This document shows, piece after piece, positions 1 through 9,583 of a stretch of DNA of 53,420 nucleotides. The notes under the pieces were generated by a model that did not search any database, was not told the origin of the DNA, and saw only the letters and a list, made by a program, of their open reading frames with translations. The stretch is from Candidatus Dojkabacteria bacterium (GTDB lineage: Bacteria; Patescibacteriota; Dojkabacteria; SC72), in assembly GCA_016182915.1 (NCBI GenBank), contig JACPFP010000001.1, positions 1 through 53,420 of the forward strand. Direction: 5' to 3'. A program made the position numbers and the translations under genes. Within the stretch, counting starts at the first letter, position 1, and the number at the start of each line of letters is the position of its first letter.

Positions 1-8
1 AGAAAAAG

Positions 9-2114
9 ATGGATATAAAGAAACTCTTGCAAGATAGGAACATCTTGATCAAGAAAGCCCCAGGTGATGAACTCGTTATTGATTGCCTTGTAAACAACTG
101 TGATACCGACAGCGCTATTAATGAAGCACATTTCTATATAAACTCCAGCACCGGAGCTTTTCAATGTAAGAAGTGTGGAGTAGAAGGCGGCCTCAAAGAG
201 CTGTTAGCAATACTGGGGATAGACAAAGTCGATAGTAAAAAGAAAGAATTCACACCATACGATTACCAAAGATACGAAACTCAACTGGAAGATAACTCCG
301 AGATTATGGATTATCTCATTCACAAGAGAGGATTAAAGACCGATACTATAAAACAAAGACACCTAGGATTTGGGAAGTTCTTCGGTAGGACTTGGATAAC
401 AATTCCATACTTTGACGAGAAAGGGAATTTTCTGAATCTATATAAGCTAAGAGCTCCAGAGGGCAGTAATTCAGCTAGTAAATACCTTGTCTATCCGACC
501 AAAGCTGAGACAAGACTTTACGGACTAGAATTACTTGACACAACGCAAAACAATATTTTCATTTGCGAAGGAGAGTTTGATTCTATGATATTAAATCAGC
601 ACGGTCATAATGCAATCAGTATTGGCTCAGGTGCGCAAACTTTTAAAGATGACTGGCTTGAAAGTCTAAAACCTTTTGACGAAATTTCTATCTGTTTTGA
701 TAATGATCCTGCCGGGGAAGCTGGAGCTTTGAAGTTAATTCAAAAACTTGGCTACATATTTCCCTTAAAGCAGGTAATAAAACATACAATTCCTCACGAT
801 GACGGAGCTAAAGATGTTTCGGATTTGCTAAATCAGAAAGATGGTTTCTATAAACTGATGGGTAGTACAGAAATAGTACAAAAACCACCCGTCATGAAAA
901 GATCTATGTCGATTGGTGAGTTAGCAGATGTCCTAGATCTAACTATAAAAGAAGACAAGGTAAACAAGATTCTTGCGTTCCTTTGCTTCTTATCTATGTA
1001 TACGGAGAATTCACAATTCAACATAATATTTAACGGTCCGAGTAGCTCTGGTAAGACCTACATACCACTTGAGATAGCAAAGCTTTTCCCTGAAGAAGAT
1101 GTGATCGACCTAGGTAAAGTTACTAACCAAGCCTTCTTTTACGAGCAGGGAGAATACGATCAGGAGACAAACTCAATGATAATAGACTACAGTAGGAAGA
1201 CGCTTTTGTTTATGGATCAACCTAATACAGAGGTAATCTCAAAGATCAGGCCATTACTTTCACATGATAAGAAGGTGATAACTAACAAGATGACCGATTC
1301 GAACCTTAAGTACGGTACCAAAACTAAAACAGCAAAGATAGTAGGGTTTTGTTCTGTGGTGTTTTGTACAACAGATTCACTAATTGATGAGCAGGAATTA
1401 ACAAGAGTAATACTACTAAGCCCAGACACATCACCTAAAAAAATAAAGCGTGTGATTGAAGCTAAAATCAACTCTCAATCTAGCATTATCAACGATAGGG
1501 GAATAATAGAATCTAATCCAATCCGCCAAGAATTAATGTCTAGAATTCTGGATATTAAGTATGCAGCAATTAAGGATTTCTATATTCCCAATAAAGAGCT
1601 ATTAGAGGAATTACTACATAATGGAAAACATCAGGTATCAACAAGAGACACTCGTGATATAACAAAGATTTTCTCCCTAATTCATGTCTTGGCATTACTA
1701 AACTATAGATTTAGGGATAAAACGGAGGATGGAAGACTCCAAGCAGATGACCAAGACATTTACGATGCATTTTCTCTCTGGAATGAAATCCGGCTAGCAC
1801 AAGAGACGGGAATTTCCCCTCATGTACTCGGTTTTGTAGAGACAATTGTAAAGGATCTTTTCAAAGAAAGACAATCTCCGGATGTAAATACAGAGATCAG
1901 AATAAAACGAGAGGATTTCATAAAGAAGTACTCAGTAGTTCACAACACAATTCTGGATGATAAGAGCATGATTAATAAATACCTAAGACCTTTATGCTAC
2001 GCAGGAATTCTTGAAGAGCTTAAAGGAGATGATAGGCGGGAGAATGTTTACGCACTGACTACCTACGGGAAAAATATATTGAACGTGAAAGGGGGTATAC
2101 CTTCAATCGAGTAG
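9..2114 (+). CDS. Phage/plasmid-type primase-helicase-like protein (Cys4 zinc finger + TOPRIM + P-loop NTPase)
   Basis: 701-aa ORF. Zinc-binding pattern CLVNNC...CKKCG. TOPRIM motifs IFICEGEFDS (Glu) and CFDNDPAGEAG (DxD). Walker A GPSSSGKTY, followed by the Walker-B-like LLFMDQP. Confidence 0.6.
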   Translation: MDIKKLLQDRNILIKKAPGDELVIDCLVNNCDTDSAINEAHFYINSSTGAFQCKKCGVEGGLKELLAILGIDKVDSKKKEFTPYDYQRYETQLEDNSEIMDYLIHKRGLKTDTIKQRHLGFGKFFGRTWITIPYFDEKGNFLNLYKLRAPEGSNSASKYLVYPTKAETRLYGLELLDTTQNNIFICEGEFDSMILNQHGHNAISIGSGAQTFKDDWLESLKPFDEISICFDNDPAGEAGALKLIQKLGYIFPLKQVIKHTIPHDDGAKDVSDLLNQKDGFYKLMGSTEIVQKPPVMKRSMSIGELADVLDLTIKEDKVNKILAFLCFLSMYTENSQFNIIFNGPSSSGKTYIPLEIAKLFPEEDVIDLGKVTNQAFFYEQGEYDQETNSMIIDYSRKTLLFMDQPNTEVISKIRPLLSHDKKVITNKMTDSNLKYGTKTKTAKIVGFCSVVFCTTDSLIDEQELTRVILLSPDTSPKKIKRVIEAKINSQSSIINDRGIIESNPIRQELMSRILDIKYAAIKDFYIPNKELLEELLHNGKHQVSTRDTRDITKIFSLIHVLALLNYRFRDKTEDGRLQADDQDIYDAFSLWNEIRLAQETGISPHVLGFVETIVKDLFKERQSPDVNTEIRIKREDFIKKYSVVHNTILDDKSMINKYLRPLCYAGILEELKGDDRRENVYALTTYGKNILNVKGGIPSIE

Positions 2115-2154
2115 AGATGTTTACACAAAGTCTAAAACTTTATAAGATATGGAT

Positions 2155-2244
2155 GCTTACCCAACAATATAAAACTCGAAGAGAAAAGGGAGTCCAGTCC
2201 AACGCTACTCTTCGTAGTTGTTGGGTAAGCCTGGGCTCCCTTTT
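2155..2244 (+). repeat. Interleaved inverted repeats (pseudoknot-capable) between the primase and recombinase genes
   Basis: A 2155-2167 gcttacccaacaa pairs with A' 2218-2230 ttgttgggtaagc (13/13). C 2177-2183 cgaagag pairs with C' 2208-2214 ctcttcg (7/7). B 2184-2197 aaaagggagtccag pairs with B' 2231-2244 ctgggctccctttt (14 bp with one G-U), followed by a T-rich run. The order is A-C-B-C'-A'-B'. Confidence 0.4.
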
Positions 2245-2270
2245 GTTATTTAAATTAATAATAACTAGCG

Positions 2271-3929
2271 ATGGAACTAAGACAAAAAGCCTCCAAATAC
2301 ATACTATATGCCCGTAAATCAACTGAAAGCGAAGATCGACAACAGGCCTCTGTTGAATCTCAAATTGCAGAAATGCGAAAGGTGGCTAAAGAGTATAACC
2401 TTAATGTAGTTGCCGAATTATCCGAAAGCCGATCAGCTTACAAACTTGGTAGACCTGAATTTCAACGAATGATAGATATGATCGACAATGGAGAAGCAGA
2501 TGGTGTCCTTTGTTGGAAACTTTCTAGACTCTCTAGGAATCCTGATGATGGAGGAAGGATAATTGGGATGCTCCAAAGAAAAGAGATTAAGCATATTAAG
2601 ACATACGATGGAGGTTGGTATCCTGAAGATGACCATATGATGATATTCCTAGAGTTAGGTATAAATAATAAGTTCAGTAAAGACTTAGGAACAGACACTA
2701 AGCGTGGTTTAAGAGCTAAAGCTGAAAGAGGATGGTATCCTTGTGCGACTTTACCCTTAGGATATAAGCATCATCCGGAAGAGGTTTTGAAAAAACATTC
2801 TGACATGGAGATCATACCTGATGAGCCCATGTACAGTATAATAAAGGGTATGCTCAAAGAATTAGCGGAAGGGAAATTTTCTCCCAAGCAAGTCTATGAT
2901 CATGCTATCGCCAATGGCTTCCGTACTCGTAAAGGCGGTATACCTTCCTTCTCTGTCTTCTATCGTATCGTCACTCATCCCTTCTATTACGGAGAATATA
3001 ATTTCACAATAGACGGAGAGGAGAGAGTGTTCCAAGGTAAACATCCAGCTATGATAACTCGAAGTGATCATGAGGCTATTAAGAAAGCCCTAAAGAGGGG
3101 GCATACAGTTCAACAACAAAAGTATTTTCACTCGTATACAGGATTAATGAAATGTGGAGAATGCGGGTGCTTTATTACCGGTGATCCTACTAGAGTTAAA
3201 GTGAACAAGAAAGGGGAGGTCAGGAAGTTTACCTATTACCACTGCACTAAAAAGAAGGGACATTGTTCACAACCATTTATTACAGAAGAGGATTTAAGTA
3301 AAAGGTTTGAACAGGTACTGAGCATGATACATATTCCTGAAGAACTAGTTGATTATGCCCTTGAAGAAATTCAGAAGGAGCACGAGGAGAAAAGTTTGGC
3401 ACGTCTCGGTGTACTAAAGAATAATCAAAAAGAATATGAAGCGTTGACCAAGAAGCTTGATGTGTTAACCGAGAAGAATCTTAGTGGAGTTATTGATGAC
3501 TCTGAATATAAACGTAAGAGAGACGAGATCAAGTCCCGAATGGCACTTATACAATCTCTTATTAATACTAACGATAGCTCAAGAGACGAATGGCTAATGA
3601 GAGTAAAGAAAAGGTTATCGTTTGCAGAAAGGGCTGTTAGGACATTCAGAACTGGGTCACCTGAGTTGAAGAAGGACATAATGATGGAACTACAGTCGCT
3701 AATAATAGTGAAAAACAAGTCGATTAAGGTTGATTTAGATCCATTGTTAAACCTCTTTTTTAAGAAGCCTAATCAACAGGACCTTGAAAAGATATTGGTT
3801 CGAACCAAAACAAATGAGGTAGGTACAAACATATTCGAGATTTTCTTTTCCAGCAATTCCATCTGGGGTGGAAGATGGGACTTGAACCCACAACCCTCGG
3901 TTCCACAAACCGATGCTCTAACCAGTTGA
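2271..3929 (+). CDS. Large serine recombinase (integrase)
   Basis: 552 aa. N-terminal resolvase motif YARKSTESEDRQQASVESQ and GVLCWKLSRLSRN. Recombinase domain, Cys-rich zinc ribbon CGECGCF...YYHCTKKKGHC and a coiled-coil region. The last 22 codons are antisense to tRNA-His. Confidence 0.85.
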   Translation: MELRQKASKYILYARKSTESEDRQQASVESQIAEMRKVAKEYNLNVVAELSESRSAYKLGRPEFQRMIDMIDNGEADGVLCWKLSRLSRNPDDGGRIIGMLQRKEIKHIKTYDGGWYPEDDHMMIFLELGINNKFSKDLGTDTKRGLRAKAERGWYPCATLPLGYKHHPEEVLKKHSDMEIIPDEPMYSIIKGMLKELAEGKFSPKQVYDHAIANGFRTRKGGIPSFSVFYRIVTHPFYYGEYNFTIDGEERVFQGKHPAMITRSDHEAIKKALKRGHTVQQQKYFHSYTGLMKCGECGCFITGDPTRVKVNKKGEVRKFTYYHCTKKKGHCSQPFITEEDLSKRFEQVLSMIHIPEELVDYALEEIQKEHEEKSLARLGVLKNNQKEYEALTKKLDVLTEKNLSGVIDDSEYKRKRDEIKSRMALIQSLINTNDSSRDEWLMRVKKRLSFAERAVRTFRTGSPELKKDIMMELQSLIIVKNKSIKVDLDPLLNLFFKKPNQQDLEKILVRTKTNEVGTNIFEIFFSSNSIWGGRWDLNPQPSVPQTDALTS

Positions 3930-3941
3930 GCTACATCCACC
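3864..3941 (-). tRNA. tRNA-His (anticodon GTG) with encoded G-1 and CCA
   Basis: Hand-folded cloverleaf. D stem GCTC/GAGC, anticodon stem TCGGT/ACCGA with loop TTGTGGA, T stem GTGGG/CCCAT with TTCAAGT loop. An extra 5' G pairs with C73. There is one U6-U67 acceptor mismatch. Confidence 0.9.
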
Positions 3942-3994
3942 ATAACAATTGTCAATTATACAGTACATACTACATTTAATAAATATTTCATCCC

Positions 3995-4002
3995 TGTACA
4001 AT
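3995..4002 (+). promoter_or_regulatory. -10 element placed for a leaderless transcript of the NYN gene
   Basis: TGTACAAT. The hexamer TACAAT at 3997-4002 lies 6 nt before ATG 4009. Confidence 0.35.
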
Positions 4003-4008
4003 ATGTAA

Positions 4009-4530
4009 ATGACATCTAAATATTTTAAAATATATGCATTCATAGATTCTCAAAATCTTAATCTTGGAATTCAATCATTAGGATGGAAACTAGACTTCAA
4101 AAAGTTCTATATTTTCCTTAAACATAAATTTAGAATAGAGAAGGCATATCTATTCCTAGGATATATACCAAAATATAGAGAATTGTATGAAAAACTAGAA
4201 GGATATGGTTACACCATATTATTCAAACCTGTAACACCATTAAGAAATGGGAAACATAAAGGAAATGTAGATGTAGAACTAGTCCTCCAAGCTATCTGGT
4301 ACGATTATAATAATTACGAGAAAGCTATAATAGTTAGCGGAGATGGAGACTTCTACTCACTCTATAAAATATTAAAACAGGAGAATAAACTGGCTAGAAT
4401 CTGTATTCCAAACTATAAATCTAAGTCAAAACTCCTTGATACTTTCAATAGTTATACGTACATGCTTGAACAGAATAGGGGGAAATTAGAAAAAGTTGGG
4501 AGGCGTGGACCTACATCACGCAGATTGTAG
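4009..4530 (+). CDS. NYN/LabA-like (PIN-fold) domain protein, putative RNase
   Basis: 173 aa with the NYN-type motifs FIDSQNLNLG, KGNVDVELVLQA and IIVSGDGDF. Confidence 0.6.
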   Translation: MTSKYFKIYAFIDSQNLNLGIQSLGWKLDFKKFYIFLKHKFRIEKAYLFLGYIPKYRELYEKLEGYGYTILFKPVTPLRNGKHKGNVDVELVLQAIWYDYNNYEKAIIVSGDGDFYSLYKILKQENKLARICIPNYKSKSKLLDTFNSYTYMLEQNRGKLEKVGRRGPTSRRL

Positions 4531-4645
4531 GCTCGTGTCCCCCTCGTGATTGATATATGATAACTCTTAATATTACCTAATACAATCCTTCATAGATTAG
4601 AATTCTAACACTCTGTAATATCTGTACTAATTTCTCCCCTTTCAA

Positions 4646-4654
4646 TGATATAAT
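4646..4654 (+). promoter_or_regulatory. Extended -10 promoter element placed for a leaderless def transcript
   Basis: TGATATAAT. The hexamer at 4649-4654 lies 7 nt before ATG 4662. Confidence 0.4.
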
Positions 4655-4661
4655 TACCCAT

Positions 4662-5156
4662 ATGAAAAAAGTATTGAAAGTAATAACTGTATACGAAGAT
4701 GAAAAAACTCTTAGAAAGATATCCAAGGATATCCCCCTAGAGGAAGTGACCAGTGAGAAATTCCATAAGTTCTTGGACAACCTTAAAATAACCGCACTCA
4801 ATTCAGAACTACCACAAGGCTGGGAACCAGCAGGCCTAGCAGCAATACAGGTAGGAGAAGAAAAGAACGTCTTCATAGCAATAGATCTAGACACAGGGGA
4901 TTTTAAGGAATTCATAAACCCAAGGATAAAGACAATAGGGGAGAAGACCAGTATAGACATCGAAGGATGCCTTAGCATTCCGGACCTAACCGGATACGTT
5001 GAAAGACCAAAGAAAGTTAAAGTAACATATCTAGATAGATTTGGAAAACAACATACAGAAAGACTCTCCGGGTTTAATGCAAGAATAGTGCAACACGAAT
5101 ACGATCACTTAATAGGTGTACTATTTACAGACAAACTCGTTAATAATGGCAATTAA
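4662..5156 (+). CDS. def: Peptide deformylase
   Basis: 164 aa with the three deformylase motifs GLAAIQVG, EGCLSIP and HEYDHL. Confidence 0.9.
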   Translation: MKKVLKVITVYEDEKTLRKISKDIPLEEVTSEKFHKFLDNLKITALNSELPQGWEPAGLAAIQVGEEKNVFIAIDLDTGDFKEFINPRIKTIGEKTSIDIEGCLSIPDLTGYVERPKKVKVTYLDRFGKQHTERLSGFNARIVQHEYDHLIGVLFTDKLVNNGN

Positions 5157-6783
5157 ACACTCCCTAACAGATAAAGAAAGCAGAAAGGTAAGAAATACCA
5201 CAATACTATATATCCTTGGAATCCTCCTCATAATAGTTCTTCCCTTCCTCCTAATTAATCAGAAACCCCTTCCAAAAGAGAAAGAGGAGAGTAAGAAGGA
5301 GAAACTCTGCATAGAAGGCGAACTACAACTCCAATACACCGAACTCCTAGATAAATACGCCCAAGAGAACAACATGGAAACAATACTCGGAGAAGATACA
5401 GAGTGTTTGGCTACAGTAGCCAGAAATATCAATAATATAAACGAGTATATTAAAATCACTAACAAAATATATGTAATAGTTGGTAGATACGATACAACCC
5501 TCACAGACATACCCTCTACGAGCCTAGATACCCTCCTAACCACACAGAAATACAAAGGAACCAATATAGTATGGGACAATGATACAGACACCTTCCTCCG
5601 AACAGCCTTTGAGGGAATTGGAGTCGGACAGAGAGTCATAGAAACAGATGATATCACTAAAGAGATAGAGAAAAACAGCAATACCCTTGCCATAATCCCC
5701 TTTGAAAAGATTACCTCAACCTTTAAAGTAATCTCTATAGATGACCAAACCCCATTAAACAAAGATTTCAACACATTAAGATACCCATTAATAGACAGAT
5801 ACTGGATTAAAGGAGTGCAGGAGATAAGGGAGAAAATAGCAAGTGAAATAACCGAAGTAATACCTGTAAGCAACTACAATGCTAACAACCTTAGAAAGAT
5901 CGTATTAACAGGTTCATCTGCAGTAGGTAGTGGAATACAACAGTCACTCTATACGAATAAAGGGAAGGATTACATTACATACGACATACAAACCATAATC
6001 TCCTCTGCAGATATTGCACAGTTCAACAACGAAGCATCAATATCCTCCCCATGTATACAATCAGAAAGTACAGGAAAATACTGCAGTACTCAATCCAACC
6101 TGAGACTAATAAAAGATTTAGGTTTTGATGTTGTAGGAACAAATGGAAACCACATTATGGATATTTCATATGATACCTATGTAGATACCCTCGCGTACTA
6201 CAGAAAGAACAACCTCCCATACTACGCAGGCGGCGTAACCCTTGAAGACTCATGGACCCCAAGAGTAGTGGATGCTAAAGGACTAAAATTCTCCTTTATT
6301 GGCTTTAACTACCTATATCCCTTCAGCTACTATGCCAGTAAAACAACTGCAGGGAGTGCTAATGTAGATATGGATATACTTAAAGAAACAATTACCAAGG
6401 CTAAGAAAGCCTCAAACATAGTTATAGTAGATATGAGCTGGGGATTTGAGTATGAGGAGAAACTCGTTGCATACCAACAGGAGTATGCACAGAAGGCTCT
6501 GGAATACGGAGCAAACATAGTAATTGGAACCCAAAGTAGGATATACCAAAGTATTGAGCTATATAAGAATGGCAATGCCATCTTCTACGGACTAGGAGCA
6601 TTCCTCCCCCATACCTATTCCAACTCCCAAAGCGCCATTTACACCCTCACATACTACAACGACACCCTCATTAACATAACAATAAATCCAATAATCCTGA
6701 ACAACGGACTTGTACAGTTGGCAGAAAGTTCTCAATTGGATACAATGCTAAAGAACGTGTATAGTAATATAAAGATAAAATAA
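5146..6783 (+). CDS. CapA/PGA_cap-like metallophosphoesterase-family membrane-anchored protein
   Basis: The listed ORF is 5116-6783. ATG 5146 (MAIKH...) is preferred because it overlaps the def stop by only 11 nt. N-terminal TM helix. FNNEASIS and GTNGNHIMD resemble the CapA NLE and ANNH.D motifs. The N-terminal GD..GR motif is not obvious. Confidence 0.45.
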   Translation: MAIKHSLTDKESRKVRNTTILYILGILLIIVLPFLLINQKPLPKEKEESKKEKLCIEGELQLQYTELLDKYAQENNMETILGEDTECLATVARNINNINEYIKITNKIYVIVGRYDTTLTDIPSTSLDTLLTTQKYKGTNIVWDNDTDTFLRTAFEGIGVGQRVIETDDITKEIEKNSNTLAIIPFEKITSTFKVISIDDQTPLNKDFNTLRYPLIDRYWIKGVQEIREKIASEITEVIPVSNYNANNLRKIVLTGSSAVGSGIQQSLYTNKGKDYITYDIQTIISSADIAQFNNEASISSPCIQSESTGKYCSTQSNLRLIKDLGFDVVGTNGNHIMDISYDTYVDTLAYYRKNNLPYYAGGVTLEDSWTPRVVDAKGLKFSFIGFNYLYPFSYYASKTTAGSANVDMDILKETITKAKKASNIVIVDMSWGFEYEEKLVAYQQEYAQKALEYGANIVIGTQSRIYQSIELYKNGNAIFYGLGAFLPHTYSNSQSAIYTLTYYNDTLINITINPIILNNGLVQLAESSQLDTMLKNVYSNIKIK

Positions 6784-6798
6784 GCTCCATTATCAAAA

Positions 6799-8115
6799 GT
6801 GAAAAATCTAACTAAAACATTAATTCTAACTACCGTTATATTATTAACCCTGGTAACACCAATCTTTGCTGTAACCCAGAGTGAGATAGACACAACACTA
6901 ACAAGCCTAGAAGACCAGAGGATCAGTAAACTGGAAGAGGAACTTGGTCTAACAATTCCTGATATATCAGATAATCCAAATCACATAATTACATTTAGAG
7001 ACCCATCAGGTGAAGTCGGAGTTAAACTGGAGATAGACGGACAGGGATTTAAGAAAGTTGTAAGTCCGTACACACTCCCATCCCTTGGTATTGGAAAGCA
7101 TGTTCTCACATTCAAATTTACAGATTCAGAGGAGGCGCCACAAACACTAGAAGAAACGATAACTATAATCCCAAGGCCACCAATAATTGATGCCCCTGAA
7201 AAGCTTGAACTTTCCCAGCTCACATTCAAAGGAACTGCTCTTGCAGCCTCAACCCTAGATCTATATCTCACATCAGGGACTAAAAGCTACAGAGGAGCGC
7301 CTGAGGTAAGCAGCGATGGAAGCTGGACATATACCTTTAAAGCAGAGTTTTCATACGGTATATATAATGTAGTAGCTATAACACGTAAGAATGGATTTGC
7401 GAGTAATTTCTCAGAAACCATTGTCTTTGAACTAAGTAAATCAGGAGACACAGTTGTAGCAAAAGACAATGTAACTCCAATCTCATTCTCCTTCTCAGAC
7501 CTCATTAAACAGTCTCCCGTTGAAGTTATTAAATCAAATCCTGACCTTGCCATATTAACAGCTTCAGCTCTACTCCTAGGGATTATAACGTCACTTTTCT
7601 TTACAAAACTTGGAGACAATAGGGCACATAAAAACCTCGAAGGAATGCTTGTAAACAAGTTCAACGGTAAGGATAAGAAAGAGGATAGTAAGGAAGAGAA
7701 AACAGTAGAGACAAAGAAGATGACCTTAAGAGAGAAGTTTGAAAACGCAGGAATTAAAAAAGAGGCCATTGTTGAAGAGAAGAAAGAAGAAGTTAAGGAG
7801 TCTGAGGTAGAAGAGGTTAAGAAGGACGAGAAAGTGACCAAAGAGAGTGAGAAAAAGGAAGAGGTAGTTGAAGAGAAACCAGTAGAGAAGGTAGAGGAAG
7901 TAAAAGAGGAAAAGAAAGAAGAGAAGAAGGATAAGGTTCTAACTAAAGCTGAGTTCCTACAAGAATTTAAAGATCAGGATCCTGACACAGAGAAAGGGGA
8001 GGAGAAAGTAGAAAAGGAAGTAAAAGAGGAAAAGAAAGAAGAACCAAAAACATCTAAAACCTCTAACCTAATGAATAGTATAAAGATATCCCTAACATCA
8101 AAGCCTAAGAAATAG
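6799..8115 (+). CDS. Bitopic surface protein: signal/TM, Ig-like beta domains, second TM, Lys/Glu-rich tail
   Basis: 438 aa with a GTG start. Hydrophobic N-terminus. Big-like segment PIIDAPEK...GTALAASTLDLYL...SDGSWTYTF. TM segment LAILTASALLLGIITSLFF. About 150 residues of K/E low complexity. Confidence 0.5.
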   Translation: MKNLTKTLILTTVILLTLVTPIFAVTQSEIDTTLTSLEDQRISKLEEELGLTIPDISDNPNHIITFRDPSGEVGVKLEIDGQGFKKVVSPYTLPSLGIGKHVLTFKFTDSEEAPQTLEETITIIPRPPIIDAPEKLELSQLTFKGTALAASTLDLYLTSGTKSYRGAPEVSSDGSWTYTFKAEFSYGIYNVVAITRKNGFASNFSETIVFELSKSGDTVVAKDNVTPISFSFSDLIKQSPVEVIKSNPDLAILTASALLLGIITSLFFTKLGDNRAHKNLEGMLVNKFNGKDKKEDSKEEKTVETKKMTLREKFENAGIKKEAIVEEKKEEVKESEVEEVKKDEKVTKESEKKEEVVEEKPVEKVEEVKEEKKEEKKDKVLTKAEFLQEFKDQDPDTEKGEEKVEKEVKEEKKEEPKTSKTSNLMNSIKISLTSKPKK

Positions 8116-8139
8116 AATAAACAAGAACCCGTAAGTTTT

Positions 8140-9048
8140 ATGAAGCAACTAGAAAAGAAATTACTAAGGATAAGCAAGGTTTTTGATATTAATGAAGTCC
8201 TCAATGTTAAAGTTAACAAAGAGTATATCGCTAAGTACTATAAAGTGAACCAGCTCGCATATTCAATTTTCCATACCGTAAGTGATCGAATATATATGGG
8301 AGTAAGTAGAGACGGAAAATATAAGAAGGAAGATCTTTTGGAAGCAGCCAGAACAGTAGAACATTACATAAAAGAAATTAGCGCAAAATCTGTACTCGAG
8401 CTAGCAACTGGAAGGGGGGCAAATTCTTTCTATCTAGCCAAACGACACCCTGACATAAGCTTCCAAGGACTAGACATCTCTGAGGGTCAATTGTATTTCG
8501 CACAGAAAAAGAGCCGTATGGCTCCTAACTACTCTCCGAAACTCGGCGATTATCACAACTTAGATAGATACGAAGACTCCTCAATAGATATATGTTTTGT
8601 TGTAGAAGCCCTTTGCTATAGTACAGATAAAGGGGCTGTTCTTAAAGAAGTTCGTCGCGTGTTAAAACCTGGAGGAATATTTATAATTTTCGATGGATAT
8701 CTTGCAAAGCCAGAAGAAACCTTAACTGAGAAAGGTAAACTTGCAAGCAAATTAACTGAAATTGGGATGGCAGTAGAGAAATTTGAAGAGTATGAAGATT
8801 TCAACAAAACAATCAAGTCCTCAGGACTTAGTATTCTCAAGGAGGAAGATGTTTCAGTATTTGTATTACCGACCATGAAGCGTTTTGAGAAATTAGCGAA
8901 AGCCTTCTTCAAAATTCCACCCCTGGCAAAACTTATATCCAAAATACTTCCAGAAGAATTTACGTACAATGCAATTTCTGGGTACTTGATGCCAGCACTT
9001 ATTGAAGAGGGAATTGCGAGTTATGTAATAACAATTCTAAAGAAATAA
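8140..9048 (+). CDS. Class I SAM-dependent methyltransferase
   Basis: 302 aa. Motif I VLELATGRGANS and post-I/II-like LKPGGIFIIFD. Confidence 0.7.
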   Translation: MKQLEKKLLRISKVFDINEVLNVKVNKEYIAKYYKVNQLAYSIFHTVSDRIYMGVSRDGKYKKEDLLEAARTVEHYIKEISAKSVLELATGRGANSFYLAKRHPDISFQGLDISEGQLYFAQKKSRMAPNYSPKLGDYHNLDRYEDSSIDICFVVEALCYSTDKGAVLKEVRRVLKPGGIFIIFDGYLAKPEETLTEKGKLASKLTEIGMAVEKFEEYEDFNKTIKSSGLSILKEEDVSVFVLPTMKRFEKLAKAFFKIPPLAKLISKILPEEFTYNAISGYLMPALIEEGIASYVITILKK

Positions 9049-9121
9049 TCATCACGAGATACAAATTTCAACCTTCTCCATGTTTTGGTATAATATGCCA
9101 ATTAGTTAGTATCATAGATAG

Positions 9122-9559
9122 ATGATTCAATTTAGAACGAACATACCTGAGATAGTTGCGACATTCAGAGAAGAGCTTGACAGTATTCCCAAAGAGAGAT
9201 TGATTGAAGAAGCTCCAAAACTAGTTGCAAGATATCACCACATACTACTACACGATGAGGGAGGGCCAGATACACAATATGTAAAAGGTATACTCAAAGA
9301 GATGTTTTTAGGTGGTACATGTTACGGTTTAGGTAAAGTTCTCTGTGAAATTCACATACCCGCAGCCTTTCCAATTGCACAGGATCTAGCTCTAATATGT
9401 GGTAATTTTGAAGATACTTTCCCTGAAGATGTTAGTGAAAGTATGGAAAGAAACTTTATAAATGCACTCCTCAAAGATGAAGTTTACACTTTAGAAACAC
9501 TACCGCAAAGATTCTCAGCTATTGTAAGTCCTGAACTTGATGAGTTCTTGAATAGATAA
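9122..9559 (+). CDS. Hypothetical protein
   Basis: 145-aa ORF with no motif I recognise. TGGTATAAT at 9086-9094 lies upstream. Confidence 0.45.
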   Translation: MIQFRTNIPEIVATFREELDSIPKERLIEEAPKLVARYHHILLHDEGGPDTQYVKGILKEMFLGGTCYGLGKVLCEIHIPAAFPIAQDLALICGNFEDTFPEDVSESMERNFINALLKDEVYTLETLPQRFSAIVSPELDEFLNR

Positions 9560-9583
9560 TACCTATAAGGTTGAAACCAAAGA

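Larger units (their letters stand above)
1..3863. mobile_element. Putative integrative element (right-hand part, left boundary outside the window) inserted next to the 3' end of tRNA-His
   Basis: A primase-helicase-like gene and a large serine recombinase lie directly downstream of the 3' end of a minus-strand tRNA-His. The recombinase ORF crosses into the tRNA sequence. No second att copy is visible in the window. Confidence 0.45.

Noticed and set aside
2117-2322. A 66-aa + ORF and a 60-aa - ORF in the primase-recombinase spacer.
   Set aside because: They span the interleaved inverted repeats and overlap the recombinase start. The paired-stem architecture explains the region better than coding.
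3773-3955. 60-aa minus ORF over tRNA-His. The 75-aa + ORF at 10338-10565 over tRNA-Leu(CAG) is similar.
   Set aside because: Both are translations of tRNA genes and flanking sequence.
4577-7841. Long antisense ORFs inside def, the CapA-like gene and the K/E-rich gene (4577-4978, 5259-5873, 7287-7841). The ORF at 13378-13887 inside pyk is similar.
   Set aside because: Each lies wholly within a gene with strong motifs on the other strand and has a low-complexity Ser/Leu/Phe-rich translation.
7895-8042. 28-nt exact direct repeat (7895-7922 and 8015-8042), checked as a possible CRISPR or tandem repeat.
   Set aside because: There are only two copies, spaced 120 nt in frame, inside the Lys/Glu-rich low-complexity tail of a CDS. 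This is a coding repeat, not an array.
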